From assembly GCA_016212515.1 (NCBI GenBank), contig JACRFZ010000037.1, positions 6,549-70,548 of the forward strand: a stretch of DNA of 64,000 nucleotides. Direction: 5' to 3'. This DNA is from Candidatus Melainabacteria bacterium (GTDB taxonomy: Bacteria > Cyanobacteriota > Vampirovibrionia > Obscuribacterales > Obscuribacteraceae). The notes beneath the pieces are model-generated. The model saw only the letters and a program-made list of their open reading frames with translations, was not told where the DNA came from and did not search any database. Shown piece by piece: positions 9,316 through 18,336 of the stretch (positions within the stretch are counted from its first letter, which is position 1; the number at the start of each line of letters is the position of its first letter). The translations under genes and the position numbers were made by a program.

Positions 9316-10284
9316 CTACTGATAAAGAGCTACCAGATGCCCGGTAAAGGGACTTAGCTCGGCAAGCACGAGGGGCTTAGCACTGCGGTAAATTTCATAG
9401 CTACCAACATCCAGAAGGGACCGCGGGTCGATATCTGCCGGTGCAGCATCTGCGGAAGCAGCAGTGTCCTCCGCAGGGGCGGTCATTTCAGAATTAACCG
9501 CGAGGTAAATTTGTACTACCTCGCTGCCAGTGCCGACTACAACGTCTCCATCAGGTGTAAAACTCAAGGAGTTGACCACCTTTGAAGGATCGTTGAGAGC
9601 CAATTCAATCACCACGCCGCTGTTCCACTCTTTTATGAAAAGCTGGCCGTTTCGTTGAAGCACAGCAAGAACTGGGAGGAACGGGTGCTGTTTGACGATC
9701 TTAATATTCAAACTCTCACCGGCGGCAGACTTCACCTCCTCTGCAGAGCTAGTCGTGAGTGAAAACAGTTGACCGTGGTCGTTATAAGCCAAGATATGCT
9801 CCGGACTATCCGTAGCCAGTACCTTAAGAACGCGGGCATCAACGGGCAGGGTGAAACGTCGGCGATAAACTGATGAAGAAGCTTCGCCTTTATCAATGGC
9901 GCCGGAAGAGTTAACCGGATACTCAAGCACAGTACCGTTTTGGTAACCGACGAGAAGATTCTCGCCACTGGAGTCATAGGCAATCGATGAAGCATCAGAG
10001 ACTTCCATAGTAGGGGCGCCAATCTGATTGACTAAATCGATGAAGTAAAGACGCGTGCCAGGACCATAGCTCAAAAGTGCCAGACCTACTGTAATCCCGT
10101 CCACAGTGCGGAAAGCTAAATCTTGCACTTCCACTTCAAAGGGAATGCTCGCACGAAGCAAGATGTTGCCATTCTTATATAGACGGAAGTTGGCTCCAGG
10201 TCCGCCCAGGCCAACATATGCACCATCCGGAGAAAGACGAAGCCATCCCGTATGGGAGGGATCAATGAAATGCTGGGAAATCAT
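9316..10284 (-). CDS. Hypothetical protein, beta-propeller/WD40-like repeats suspected
   Basis: ORF with GAGGAA upstream. It shows repeated beta-strand-rich segments (…LAFRTVDG…, …IAYDSSGENLLVGYQNGTV…, …SFTPDGDVVVGTG…). The fold call is a weak inference. Confidence 0.55.
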   Translation of the reverse strand: MISQHFIDPSHTGWLRLSPDGAYVGLGGPGANFRLYKNGNILLRASIPFEVEVQDLAFRTVDGITVGLALLSYGPGTRLYFIDLVNQIGAPTMEVSDASSIAYDSSGENLLVGYQNGTVLEYPVNSSGAIDKGEASSSVYRRRFTLPVDARVLKVLATDSPEHILAYNDHGQLFSLTTSSAEEVKSAAGESLNIKIVKQHPFLPVLAVLQRNGQLFIKEWNSGVVIELALNDPSKVVNSLSFTPDGDVVVGTGSEVVQIYLAVNSEMTAPAEDTAASADAAPADIDPRSLLDVGSYEIYRSAKPLVLAELSPFTGHLVALYQ

Positions 10285-10433
10285 AAGGGTTCCTCAGTAA
10301 ATAGCTAGATTTACAACCACCCAGAGGCAGCCTTCGAAAACTTCAGAAGTAGAAGAAATAGGTAGGAAGGCTGGTGTGAATACCTCATGGGAGATTTGGG
10401 TGGAATGCAAAGAACATTGTTATGGAAACATTC

Positions 10434-10467
10434 AGACGGGTGCGGTTGCAAGCAACCACCCCCGTCT
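10434..10467 (-). terminator. Strong imperfect hairpin downstream of the TPP-enzyme gene
   Basis: AGACGGGTGCGGTTGC pairs with GCAACCACCCCCGTCT (16 bp, 2 mismatches). It is 136 nt after the stop at 10603. The T tract on the minus strand is poor. Confidence 0.4.
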
Positions 10468-10602
10468 CAAGTGCGAGCGGCAAGCAGTCTCAAGTGCCAT
10501 AGATGCTCACGCTCATGACAAAGTACGGCAGAATCGCACAGATTAAGCACGACTAAGACCCATAGAGAACGCTATCAGTCCTCACGCGAGCGAGACTGGC
10601 AA

Positions 10603-12306
10603 CTAGCGGTTAGATGACAGTTCCTCGGCAAGTGGACACAAATTAGAGAGGCGCTCGCCGGGAGAGAGGAGGTCAGGACTGACTTTCAATGTGATGATGG
10701 AAGGACCGGAAGCCTCAAGAGCACGCTGAAAGGCCGACCGAAACTCAGATGTCTTGCCAACTTCAATGCCCAGGCAGCCGTAGGCTGCTGCTAACATCAT
10801 GAAGTCAGGATTATCCAGATCGGTTCCAAACTTATGGCATGGATAAGTTTTCTCCTGGTGCTGCCTGATAGTACCGTAGACACCATTTTCTACGATGATA
10901 AAGATGACCTTCAAACCAGCCTTTGAGGCTACCACAAGCTCATTCATATTCATCTGGAAGCAGCCATCTCCATTCCAGGAGACAACAGTTGCCTGCGGTA
11001 AAGCCAGCTTGGCGGCGATTGCGGCTGGAACGCCATAGCCCATGGAACCGCAGCGGGAAGTGAGTTTGGTCTTGAGAGTACGGTACTGAAAGAAACGGTC
11101 CAACCACTGGGCGTTATTGCCGGCACCGTTGGCAATAATGGCATCGGGTGGCAGCATAAGCTGCATGGTCTTCACAACCTGAGAAAGATCAACTTGCAGA
11201 TCCGCCCCGTCATACTCAAGAAAACTCAAATAGGCAGCATTAGCCCCTTCCACTAACTCTTTGCGCTGCACGAGATTGCCTTCTTCATAAAGACCGCTAA
11301 AGCCGTGCAGAGCAGCAAGCATGCCGCTTACGCCGGCATTGATAGGTAGTTCCGCCTGATACACGGAACCAAGTTCTTCTGCTCTGGGATAAATATGTAC
11401 CAGGGTTTGCTCGGGCTTTGGTGCGGAAAGCAGGCTATAACGACTTGTGGTCATCTCATCAAGGCGACATCCAAGAGCAATGAGAAGATCGCTTTTAGCG
11501 ATCAGTTCAGCCAGAGCCGGATTCATCCCCACGGTGGCCACTCCAGCATAATTGGGATGGTCGTTCGGGAATAGATCATTGCAACGAGAGGCTGTTGCCA
11601 CAGGAATAAAATTATCCGAGGCAAAGGCAATCAACCGCTCTTGCTCTACTCGACTCCAACCAGGCCCCCCAACAATAAGAAGCGGGCGCTCGGCTTTTCT
11701 GATCATGTTTATCAGTCGTCCGATTTCAGCAGGGGAAGGACTTCCAGAAACTGCCGTATGAGGAAGGAGTGGGTTGGGCAGTGTTACTCGCTCCAACTGC
11801 ACATCATGGGGAAGGACGACCACAACCGGGCCTGGTTCACCGGAGGTAGCGATCTGAAAGGCAGCATTGACAATCTCCGGAATCCGAGAAGCAACGCGCA
11901 CTTCCAGAACCTTCTTGCTGATACTGCCGAAGACACTACCATAATCAATCTCTTGAAAGGAGTGCCGTCCATAGACAGACTGATCCACCTGACCGACGAA
12001 CATCACCAGGGGGGTAGCATCCTCATTGGCAACAGCTACTCCAATGGCAGCATTAGCAGCGCCGGGAAAGCGAGAGACGAACAGCACGCCGGGTTTACCG
12101 GTCACTTTGGCATAGGCTTCCGCCATGAAGGCCGCTCCGCCCTCATGCCGATTTACGAAGAAACGCAACTTGTCCCGATGCTCTCGCATGGATTCAAGAT
12201 GGGCAAGAAAGCTTTCACCGGGAACACCAAAAATTGTATCGACCTGATTACTGATCAACACACGGATGAGCAGTTCCGCACCCGTAACGGTTGAGATGGT
12301 TTCCAT
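10603..12306 (-). CDS. Thiamine-pyrophosphate-dependent enzyme, acetolactate synthase large-subunit (IlvB) family
   Basis: It has the typical three-domain TPP-enzyme sequence (…GVPGESFL…, …GSMGYGVPAAIAAKLA…WNGDGCFQMN…). ATG 12306 has GGAG upstream. No small-subunit gene is adjacent. Confidence 0.85.
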   Translation of the reverse strand: METISTVTGAELLIRVLISNQVDTIFGVPGESFLAHLESMREHRDKLRFFVNRHEGGAAFMAEAYAKVTGKPGVLFVSRFPGAANAAIGVAVANEDATPLVMFVGQVDQSVYGRHSFQEIDYGSVFGSISKKVLEVRVASRIPEIVNAAFQIATSGEPGPVVVVLPHDVQLERVTLPNPLLPHTAVSGSPSPAEIGRLINMIRKAERPLLIVGGPGWSRVEQERLIAFASDNFIPVATASRCNDLFPNDHPNYAGVATVGMNPALAELIAKSDLLIALGCRLDEMTTSRYSLLSAPKPEQTLVHIYPRAEELGSVYQAELPINAGVSGMLAALHGFSGLYEEGNLVQRKELVEGANAAYLSFLEYDGADLQVDLSQVVKTMQLMLPPDAIIANGAGNNAQWLDRFFQYRTLKTKLTSRCGSMGYGVPAAIAAKLALPQATVVSWNGDGCFQMNMNELVVASKAGLKVIFIIVENGVYGTIRQHQEKTYPCHKFGTDLDNPDFMMLAAAYGCLGIEVGKTSEFRSAFQRALEASGPSIITLKVSPDLLSPGERLSNLCPLAEELSSNR

Positions 12307-12325
12307 AAGGAACTCCAGAATCAAT

Positions 12326-12347
12326 AGGTTTACATGAGGTTTACATG
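12326..12347. promoter_or_regulatory. Perfect tandem 11-bp direct repeat (AGGTTTACATG x2)
   Basis: Read directly. On the minus strand it reads CATGTAAACCT x2, 20-41 nt upstream of the TPP-enzyme ATG. Confidence 0.6.
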
Positions 12348-12954
12348 AGCCGGAAAAGCTCTTCAGACCTTCACGAACAGCTCCAATTCAAAGCTGCTTC
12401 TAGATAGGCTGAGAGCGTGCGGCGATTTGGAAAGAAAACTCCAAATTGAAAAACGAGGAAAGGAAAATGTAAGGAAAAACTAAATTCAAACTGACACACT
12501 CCGCCAATGCATCACAACATCCCAAGCAAACGAGAATGCTTGGGAAAGAGCGAATTCCGCCCGGCGGCAGAATAGCCCGGCATGAAAACCGCTTAACGAT
12601 TCAACAACCAGCTAGCGTCCCTGCGACATCGGCGCAGGCCTGGGATCGGACCAGCCAGGTAAACCCAAATTGAATGCGAGAGACCAGCCAAGATTGTTTG
12701 CACTGCATTTAGTGGCATCCTATCCCACCAGGGGGGTCCCAGGTGGCAATAACGGTTCTGTAACGAATGTTGTTCATGTAACAATTTCCGCCGCTACCCT
12801 GATTGCAGCCCAGAGCCAATGACGCAAAAGGAAGATCAGGAGCGAGTTTTCGGTCACCACCAGCGGTATTAACAGATAACGAAATATCAATTAAGAGACG
12901 CTCACACAGAATCAACATAGATATAGAATCGACTAACTCGAGAAAGGAGCCGCT

Positions 12955-14184
12955 TTGACCATAAGTTTCAATAGAAACCGTTCTGACAATCTCTTACTGC
13001 GAAATCTAGAAAACCGCTTACACAGACTCGATACCTTCGCCCCCCTGGGCGGGCCTTATGTAATGCACAATGGCCGTTCCCTTATATCCTTCGCCAGCCA
13101 CGACTGGTTGGGTCTGTCCTCTCATCCATGCTTAAAAGAAAATGCCATCAAGTTCGTAACCAGATACGGTGTGAGCAATGCATCCTCACACCTGACAGAG
13201 GGTAACATCGACGGTTATGACAGAGTCGAGAAAAAGCTGGCAGCCTTGACCGGCTTTGAAACAGCCCTGCTCTTTCCCAGCGAAGAACGGCTGCAGGAAG
13301 TTCTCTTTATGCAACTTTTCTCCAATAGATCAGTTGTTGCCGTTGATAGATTGATGCCCAGAGCCATGGTGGAAACTCTCTCAAAAACATCGGCTAAGTG
13401 GTTCAGCTACAGGCATTCTCAGCACGAGGACGCAAGAGTGAGGCTGGGTGCGGAAAGATACGACGACTGTCAGGACAAATGGATTCTAGCCCAGTCCCTT
13501 TACAGCCTGGACGGTTCCGTGGAAAGCATTCCAGCCATCGAGAAAATGCACAAAACTTTCGGAATCAGTGTCTTACTTGACGACTCTAACGCTTCAGGAG
13601 TGTTGGGAGTAAACGGCTTGGGTCTGGCTTCATTCATTTCCAAAGACGGACTGGCCTTTGGCAGTTTCGGAAGAGGACTGGGAAGTGCAGGAGCCTATCT
13701 ACTTTGCTCCAGAGCCATCAAGAGTTTCCTGACAAACTGCTGCCCGGCAAGTATCTATACGGCACCAATCCAACCGGCAGTTCTCGGAGCTATCGATGCG
13801 GCGCTTGATATAGTTCCCGGCATGCAAAAGGAACGACTAAAGCTTTTGCAAATGGCCGAGGACTTTCGCAAGGTGGTACTAAGGATGGGCTTTGAAACAG
13901 GACCATCCTCCACTCAAATAATCTCCATACTGGTCGGTACAGATGCTCAAGCAATAAGAATTGCGGAACATCTCTATGACAACGGTATTTTTGCAGCCCC
14001 CATCAGACCGACCAATATCGCCGAGGGCAATGCCAGATTGAAGATATGCATTTCCTTAAAACACGAAAAAGAACACATATTCAGACTGCTTCGCTGTCTC
14101 TCTAATTTCAGATCCAATGGTAGCAAACCGCTTTCCGCCCAGGAAAAACAACAAGAAGAAACCATAAGAAAGCCTTCAGCCTAG
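12955..14184 (+). CDS. alpha-Oxoamine synthase (BioF/Kbl/SPT) family homolog lacking the PLP-binding lysine; probable pseudoenzyme
   Basis: It is collinear with E. coli BioF (SFASHDWLGLSSHP / NFSSNDYLGLSHHP). Where BioF has TFGKGFGVSGA this protein has SFGRGLGSAGA. DDAHGTG has become DDSNASG, and DRLSHAS has become DRLMPRA. The TTG start has AAGGAG 6 nt upstream. Confidence 0.8.
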   Translation: MTISFNRNRSDNLLLRNLENRLHRLDTFAPLGGPYVMHNGRSLISFASHDWLGLSSHPCLKENAIKFVTRYGVSNASSHLTEGNIDGYDRVEKKLAALTGFETALLFPSEERLQEVLFMQLFSNRSVVAVDRLMPRAMVETLSKTSAKWFSYRHSQHEDARVRLGAERYDDCQDKWILAQSLYSLDGSVESIPAIEKMHKTFGISVLLDDSNASGVLGVNGLGLASFISKDGLAFGSFGRGLGSAGAYLLCSRAIKSFLTNCCPASIYTAPIQPAVLGAIDAALDIVPGMQKERLKLLQMAEDFRKVVLRMGFETGPSSTQIISILVGTDAQAIRIAEHLYDNGIFAAPIRPTNIAEGNARLKICISLKHEKEHIFRLLRCLSNFRSNGSKPLSAQEKQQEETIRKPSA

Positions 14185-14187
14185 ACC

Positions 14188-14220
14188 GACCGGTCAATTC
14201 CAGCCTCAAAAAAAAGAGAA
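14188..14220. repeat. GACCGGTC-core intergenic repeat, copy E (right half only)
   Basis: cTAGACC-GACCGGTC (14188-14195), N12, A8, GAGAAAG. The stop codon of the upstream gene lies inside the element. Confidence 0.75.
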
Positions 14221-14224
14221 AGCC

Positions 14225-14280
14225 CCTGAAAGAGATCGAAAGCTTGGCTTTAAGCCCTTTCGATCTCTATAGATTTCAGG
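14225..14280 (-). terminator. Long hairpin between convergent genes, a likely terminator of the permease gene
   Basis: AGAGATCGAAAG (14231-14242) pairs with CTTTCGATCTCT (14257-14268), extended by CCTGAA/TTCAGG. On the minus strand it is followed by GGCTTTCTCTTTTTTTT. Confidence 0.7.
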
Positions 14281-14289
14281 TCACAGGCT

Positions 14290-15840
14290 CTAGTTCGAGC
14301 TATTCAGGCGGCTATGTTTGAAACCGTAAGCCAGATAAATAAGCAACCCGACTAGCAGTGCCACACCATAGAGCATCCACACCTGAGCGCCGAGGCTCAG
14401 CATCATGACGATACTGATAAGTGCTCCCAGAGCGGGAACCGCCGGCATCAGAGGACAACGGAAGGTACGACTGGCATCTGGGGCCAGATAGCGCAACACA
14501 ATCACACCGATGCAAACTGCTACAAAAGCAGCCATCACACCAATGTTTACCAAACCGGCAAGAGTACCAATTGGGAAAAGTCCGGAGGCAAGGGCGCTGA
14601 ACAAGCCAACGACGGTGATAGCTACGTAGGGAGTGTGGTGCTTGTGACTGACAGCACCGATTTTGGGGGGCAGCAGTCGATCCCGACTCATACTCATGAT
14701 GATCCGAGATTGGGCGTAAAGCATGACATTGAGAGTGCTCTCAATAGAAATCAATACCCCCAGAGAAAAGACACTGACCAACCAACCGTAACCTACTTTA
14801 CGCAGAACGAAAGCCAGCGGTGCATCGGCCCCAAGTTCCGCATAAGGCACTGCAGCCACCATAGTCAGACCGACCAGAATATATAACACAGTGCAGACAG
14901 CCAGACTATAAATAATGGCGCGAGGCATAGACTTCTCCGGCTGCCGGCACTCATCACCCATAGTGGTAATGGAATCGAAACCTATGTAAGCGAAGAAAAT
15001 GGTACCGGCACCGGAAATAATGCCCAGTGGACCAAAAGGCATTAGAGGTTCAAGATTGGCGGTATTAAAAGAACCTGCCGTCAAGACTATGAAGCCAATT
15101 ACCAGAGCAGTCTCAATAACACTCAAAAATGTAGTGAAGCGGACGCTCTCTTTCACTCCATGGTATAGGTGCAAGCTAATTAGCGCGATGGCGGCCACGG
15201 CCACTAGGTTGATCGATGTAACCAGAGGCAGAGCTATAGCCAGTTTAAAAGCTCCAAAGGCAGCCAGAGGCACCCATAAGAAGCTTAACAATCCGCCACT
15301 GCGACCGAGCCAGTGCATGACCAGACCAGCAGCAAGAGAGCCCGCACCAAGCATAATCGCCGCTCCAACATCGTGGGCCGGCGCCTGGCTGAGCCAGGTA
15401 GGCAGAATGATACCAGTCGGTCGGAGAAGCTCCTCCAGATAATCTGATAGAGCCACCGCCACCGCACTGGATCCGACTGCGTAAGCCACAAGCACACTCC
15501 AGCCCATAAGAAAGGCGATTACCTCACCCATGGTGTGGTAGGCATACTCGTAAACAGAACCAGCCGAGGGCAGCATGCCCGCAAGTTCGGCATAGGCCAG
15601 AGCAACGCAAGCACAAGCCAGACCGGAAAGCGAGAAACTCAACCAGATGCCGGGACCGGCATGAGCCGAGGCAACCGTACCGACCAACACAAAGATACCG
15701 GCACCAATAATAGCGGCGATACCGTTCATGGTCAGATCGAAGGTACCGAGCACCCGCTTGAGAGGAGGTCCGTCATGTACAACCAGCGCAGAACCTAGAG
15801 TCTTACGCCGAAAAGCGGCCGAAAACTTTGGAATTTTCAT
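14290..15840 (-). CDS. APC-superfamily amino-acid permease
   Basis: About 12 predicted hydrophobic helices. The N-terminal 'LKRVLGTFDLTMNGIAAIIGAGIFVLVG' is typical of amino-acid/polyamine transporters. Confidence 0.85.
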   Translation of the reverse strand: MKIPKFSAAFRRKTLGSALVVHDGPPLKRVLGTFDLTMNGIAAIIGAGIFVLVGTVASAHAGPGIWLSFSLSGLACACVALAYAELAGMLPSAGSVYEYAYHTMGEVIAFLMGWSVLVAYAVGSSAVAVALSDYLEELLRPTGIILPTWLSQAPAHDVGAAIMLGAGSLAAGLVMHWLGRSGGLLSFLWVPLAAFGAFKLAIALPLVTSINLVAVAAIALISLHLYHGVKESVRFTTFLSVIETALVIGFIVLTAGSFNTANLEPLMPFGPLGIISGAGTIFFAYIGFDSITTMGDECRQPEKSMPRAIIYSLAVCTVLYILVGLTMVAAVPYAELGADAPLAFVLRKVGYGWLVSVFSLGVLISIESTLNVMLYAQSRIIMSMSRDRLLPPKIGAVSHKHHTPYVAITVVGLFSALASGLFPIGTLAGLVNIGVMAAFVAVCIGVIVLRYLAPDASRTFRCPLMPAVPALGALISIVMMLSLGAQVWMLYGVALLVGLLIYLAYGFKHSRLNSSN

Positions 15841-16006
15841 AGATTACGAAAAACTAGATTGAATCAAACTTTCTACGAACACGAGAAAGGTAAGGAGCAC
15901 CTCTCTCATGTCCGTCTAAGCGTCAATGGCACCCGGAAAAAAGCCACGAGGGCTCTCATGGCAATAGAGACGCCCTCTGGTTTCTACTCACTAATAAGTA
16001 GAGTCT

Positions 16007-16435
16007 CTACTGCTGTGCGTTAGCCGCAGCAGCCACAGCCTCAGCAAGATAGCCGGGGAAATGCTCAGGATAGCAGTGCAGATCACGGCCCTTAGCAAAA
16101 CCCAATTCATAGACTTGCTTCTGCCCATCGCAAAACCCGGACAAGACTTCCTCGGAAGGTAACTCTGCCGATAGAGAAGCAACATCGAAACCCAAATTAA
16201 AGGCTTCAAGATAAGGCTTGGGGCCGGCTTCATATTCAGCGATGGCCCGGGCGGAAATTCTCAATAGCGTAGGAAGATACTTATGCCCGTAATCGAAACG
16301 TCGTTGCTGATAAGTTTGAGAGTACAGGTTCCAGTCTGCTTCATTTTCAAAATGACCGGCTGATTTGCGAGCGCCTAACGCGGCATCGATTGCGGCTTGG
16401 TAACAAACAGGAGACTTATATTGGAAGAAAGCCAT
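16007..16435 (-). CDS. Hypothetical protein (142 aa)
   Basis: ORF. ATG 16435 has GGAG 9 nt upstream. It lies immediately downstream of the ClpP-like gene. Confidence 0.55.
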   Translation of the reverse strand: MAFFQYKSPVCYQAAIDAALGARKSAGHFENEADWNLYSQTYQQRRFDYGHKYLPTLLRISARAIAEYEAGPKPYLEAFNLGFDVASLSAELPSEEVLSGFCDGQKQVYELGFAKGRDLHCYPEHFPGYLAEAVAAAANAQQ

Positions 16436-16536
16436 AATGAAACTCCGAATTTTTAGAATGAAAGTGAACATGAAAGGTAAAGGCACTGCTCACCTTTCAG
16501 CCCGCAGGCTGGCAGACTGAGCAGCACCCGCAAGCA

Positions 16537-17358
16537 TCAAGGGCAAGTGCCGGAAAAGTCTGGTGCCTGCAAAATCTCATCGGCAAAACCGAGAGATACA
16601 GCCTCTTCAGCCTCTAGCCACCAATCTCGGCGATGGGCGCGCTCCTCTATTTGCTCTTCGCTGAGAGAAGAGCGAGCCGCCAGAATCTTCTTCAAGCTTT
16701 CCCAGAGACCGCGACAAAAGGCTGCCTTGTCTTCCATGGCATAAACACTGCCGATGCTTCCTGCTGAAACTGCGTGAATAAGAACCCGAGCATTAACGCC
16801 AATGATGCGCCTGTCGCCTGCCTGCAAAAGAATACCGCCCATGGAGGCAGCCATTCCAAAGCACATGACAGTGAGATGATGCCCCTGGGCACGCAATTGC
16901 TGGAGATAATCGTAAAGCGCGAGCCCAGCCAGAACAGACCCTCCAGGAGAGTTCAATATCACCGTTATAGGTCGCCCCGGAAAGCGTCGCCCAAGATTGC
17001 CGAGGTTCTCCAGAGCCGGTCTGATGCTCTCGTCAGTAACCTCGTCATAAAATGTGAAGGTGAGATTCTCAGCCTCAGTAGACCTGGCTAGCGCCGCATC
17101 ACGCTCCTTCTTCTCTAAATCGAGCCGGGCAATGCTCACCTGTGCTTCTAACTGCTGCAACTTCATTTTATTCTCAGAAGCAGCATACGCTTGCGCAGCT
17201 TGAGCGGTCTTGAGTCGCTGACGCGCCTCGGCTATGTGTAGTTTCTTGAGCTGCACGTCAAGGTCATTGCCACCAGGGCTGACTTTACTGTTGATAGAGC
17301 CAGGAACCGCCTTCGTGCTAATTCTCCGGCTCCTCCTCCGACTTTTCGGCTTGGTCAT
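16537..17358 (-). CDS. ClpP-family serine protease homolog with ~95-aa basic/coiled-coil N-terminal extension
   Basis: NSPGGSVLAGLALYDYLQ aligns with ClpP INSPGGVITAGMSIYDTMQ. The catalytic Ser is in GMAASMG, the His in LIHAVS and the Asp in RDWWLEAEEAVSLGFADEIL (ClpP [20 protein letters not shown]). The N-terminus MTKPKSRRRSRR... plus heptad-like region replaces the normal ClpP axial loop. Confidence 0.8.
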   Translation of the reverse strand: MTKPKSRRRSRRISTKAVPGSINSKVSPGGNDLDVQLKKLHIAEARQRLKTAQAAQAYAASENKMKLQQLEAQVSIARLDLEKKERDAALARSTEAENLTFTFYDEVTDESIRPALENLGNLGRRFPGRPITVILNSPGGSVLAGLALYDYLQQLRAQGHHLTVMCFGMAASMGGILLQAGDRRIIGVNARVLIHAVSAGSIGSVYAMEDKAAFCRGLWESLKKILAARSSLSEEQIEERAHRRDWWLEAEEAVSLGFADEILQAPDFSGTCP

Positions 17359-17504
17359 AACTACTTAATACCATTTGCAAAACATTGTCCTTAACTGCTC
17401 GAACATTCGGGAATCTCGCACCACTGCAGGCAGTTCGCTCCACATCCCAAAGGAGAAGGGCAAATAAGCTCAGGCAGACGGGTCGGGTGCAAAAACTGAC
17501 GACT

Positions 17505-17933
17505 CTAGCTCATTGGCTTGGGAATTAGATGACGAACAAATTCGTGTCCCACTTGCTCCGGCCCTATAACACTGCCCTGCAACATCTTGAAGAAACTCTC
17601 CAGGTCGGAAGTCGGGCTTGGCTGGCAGTGCAATTCATGACCGTTTATGGTGGGCGGCATATAAGCATTCAAAACCAATTCGTCACCAAATTCGGTTCGA
17701 TAGACTTGAGACTGTCTGCCGGATTCACAGCGTCTCCAGGTGCGACCGTAATGGTCAGACCCTTCCAGCGAACAGTTCTGCAAGTAGGCCCCGTCCGCCT
17801 CGCTGGTGTCGGCATCAAAGCCGGTCCATACCGCACGCATGCCGCGTGCTTGAATCACATCCTGAATAGCTCTGGCATCCTCTTGCGATGCGCCGAAGAA
17901 GCGCACGAGGATAACTGATTGAGTTGGATTCAT
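17505..17933 (-). CDS. Hypothetical protein (142 aa)
   Basis: ORF from ATG 17933 (MNPTQSVILVRFFG...). No family recognised. Confidence 0.45.
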   Translation of the reverse strand: MNPTQSVILVRFFGASQEDARAIQDVIQARGMRAVWTGFDADTSEADGAYLQNCSLEGSDHYGRTWRRCESGRQSQVYRTEFGDELVLNAYMPPTINGHELHCQPSPTSDLESFFKMLQGSVIGPEQVGHEFVRHLIPKPMS

Positions 17934-18336
17934 GGTTTTACTGGTGAAAGTGTATAGATTTGGTTGGGAAGGTGAAAGAAGATAAGTTGAGCCTATACTC
18001 ACAACCTCCCGATAGCAAGCCCCTCAAGCGCGGGAAACGGCAACCAGCCGTAAAAGAAACCCTCGTCAGTGAGAATACTGGGGTGCAGCCAACATGAAAA
18101 ACGCCCAAGAATTAAAGAACCACCATGCCGCGCTCCGCTAACTCCACCTGAGAACAAAAGAGAGCGGAGCACGATATAGCTAAATAGGCTCCTCCATCCA
18201 AGTCCAATAGCCGACCGAATGAACATATGAGACATGGTTCCGTCACAAACCTTTCGATATATTGTCAACAATCTAATTTCGAGTGACCAGGCCCAATCGC
18301 TCTCCTCTCAACCAGACTCACCTGAAGGAACAAGCT

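Noticed and set aside
12593-12918. Minus-strand ORFs of 63 and 69 aa. One has an 'NTAGG' that could mimic a double-glycine bacteriocin/RiPP leader.
   Set aside because: There is no SD. The leader does not fit the LS..EL..I.GG consensus at positions -4, -7 or -12. No C39-peptidase ABC exporter or modification enzyme is nearby.
14999-15798. Plus-strand ORFs of 147 and 87 aa inside the permease gene
   Set aside because: They are antisense to a 12-TM transporter ORF and have shadow-frame composition.
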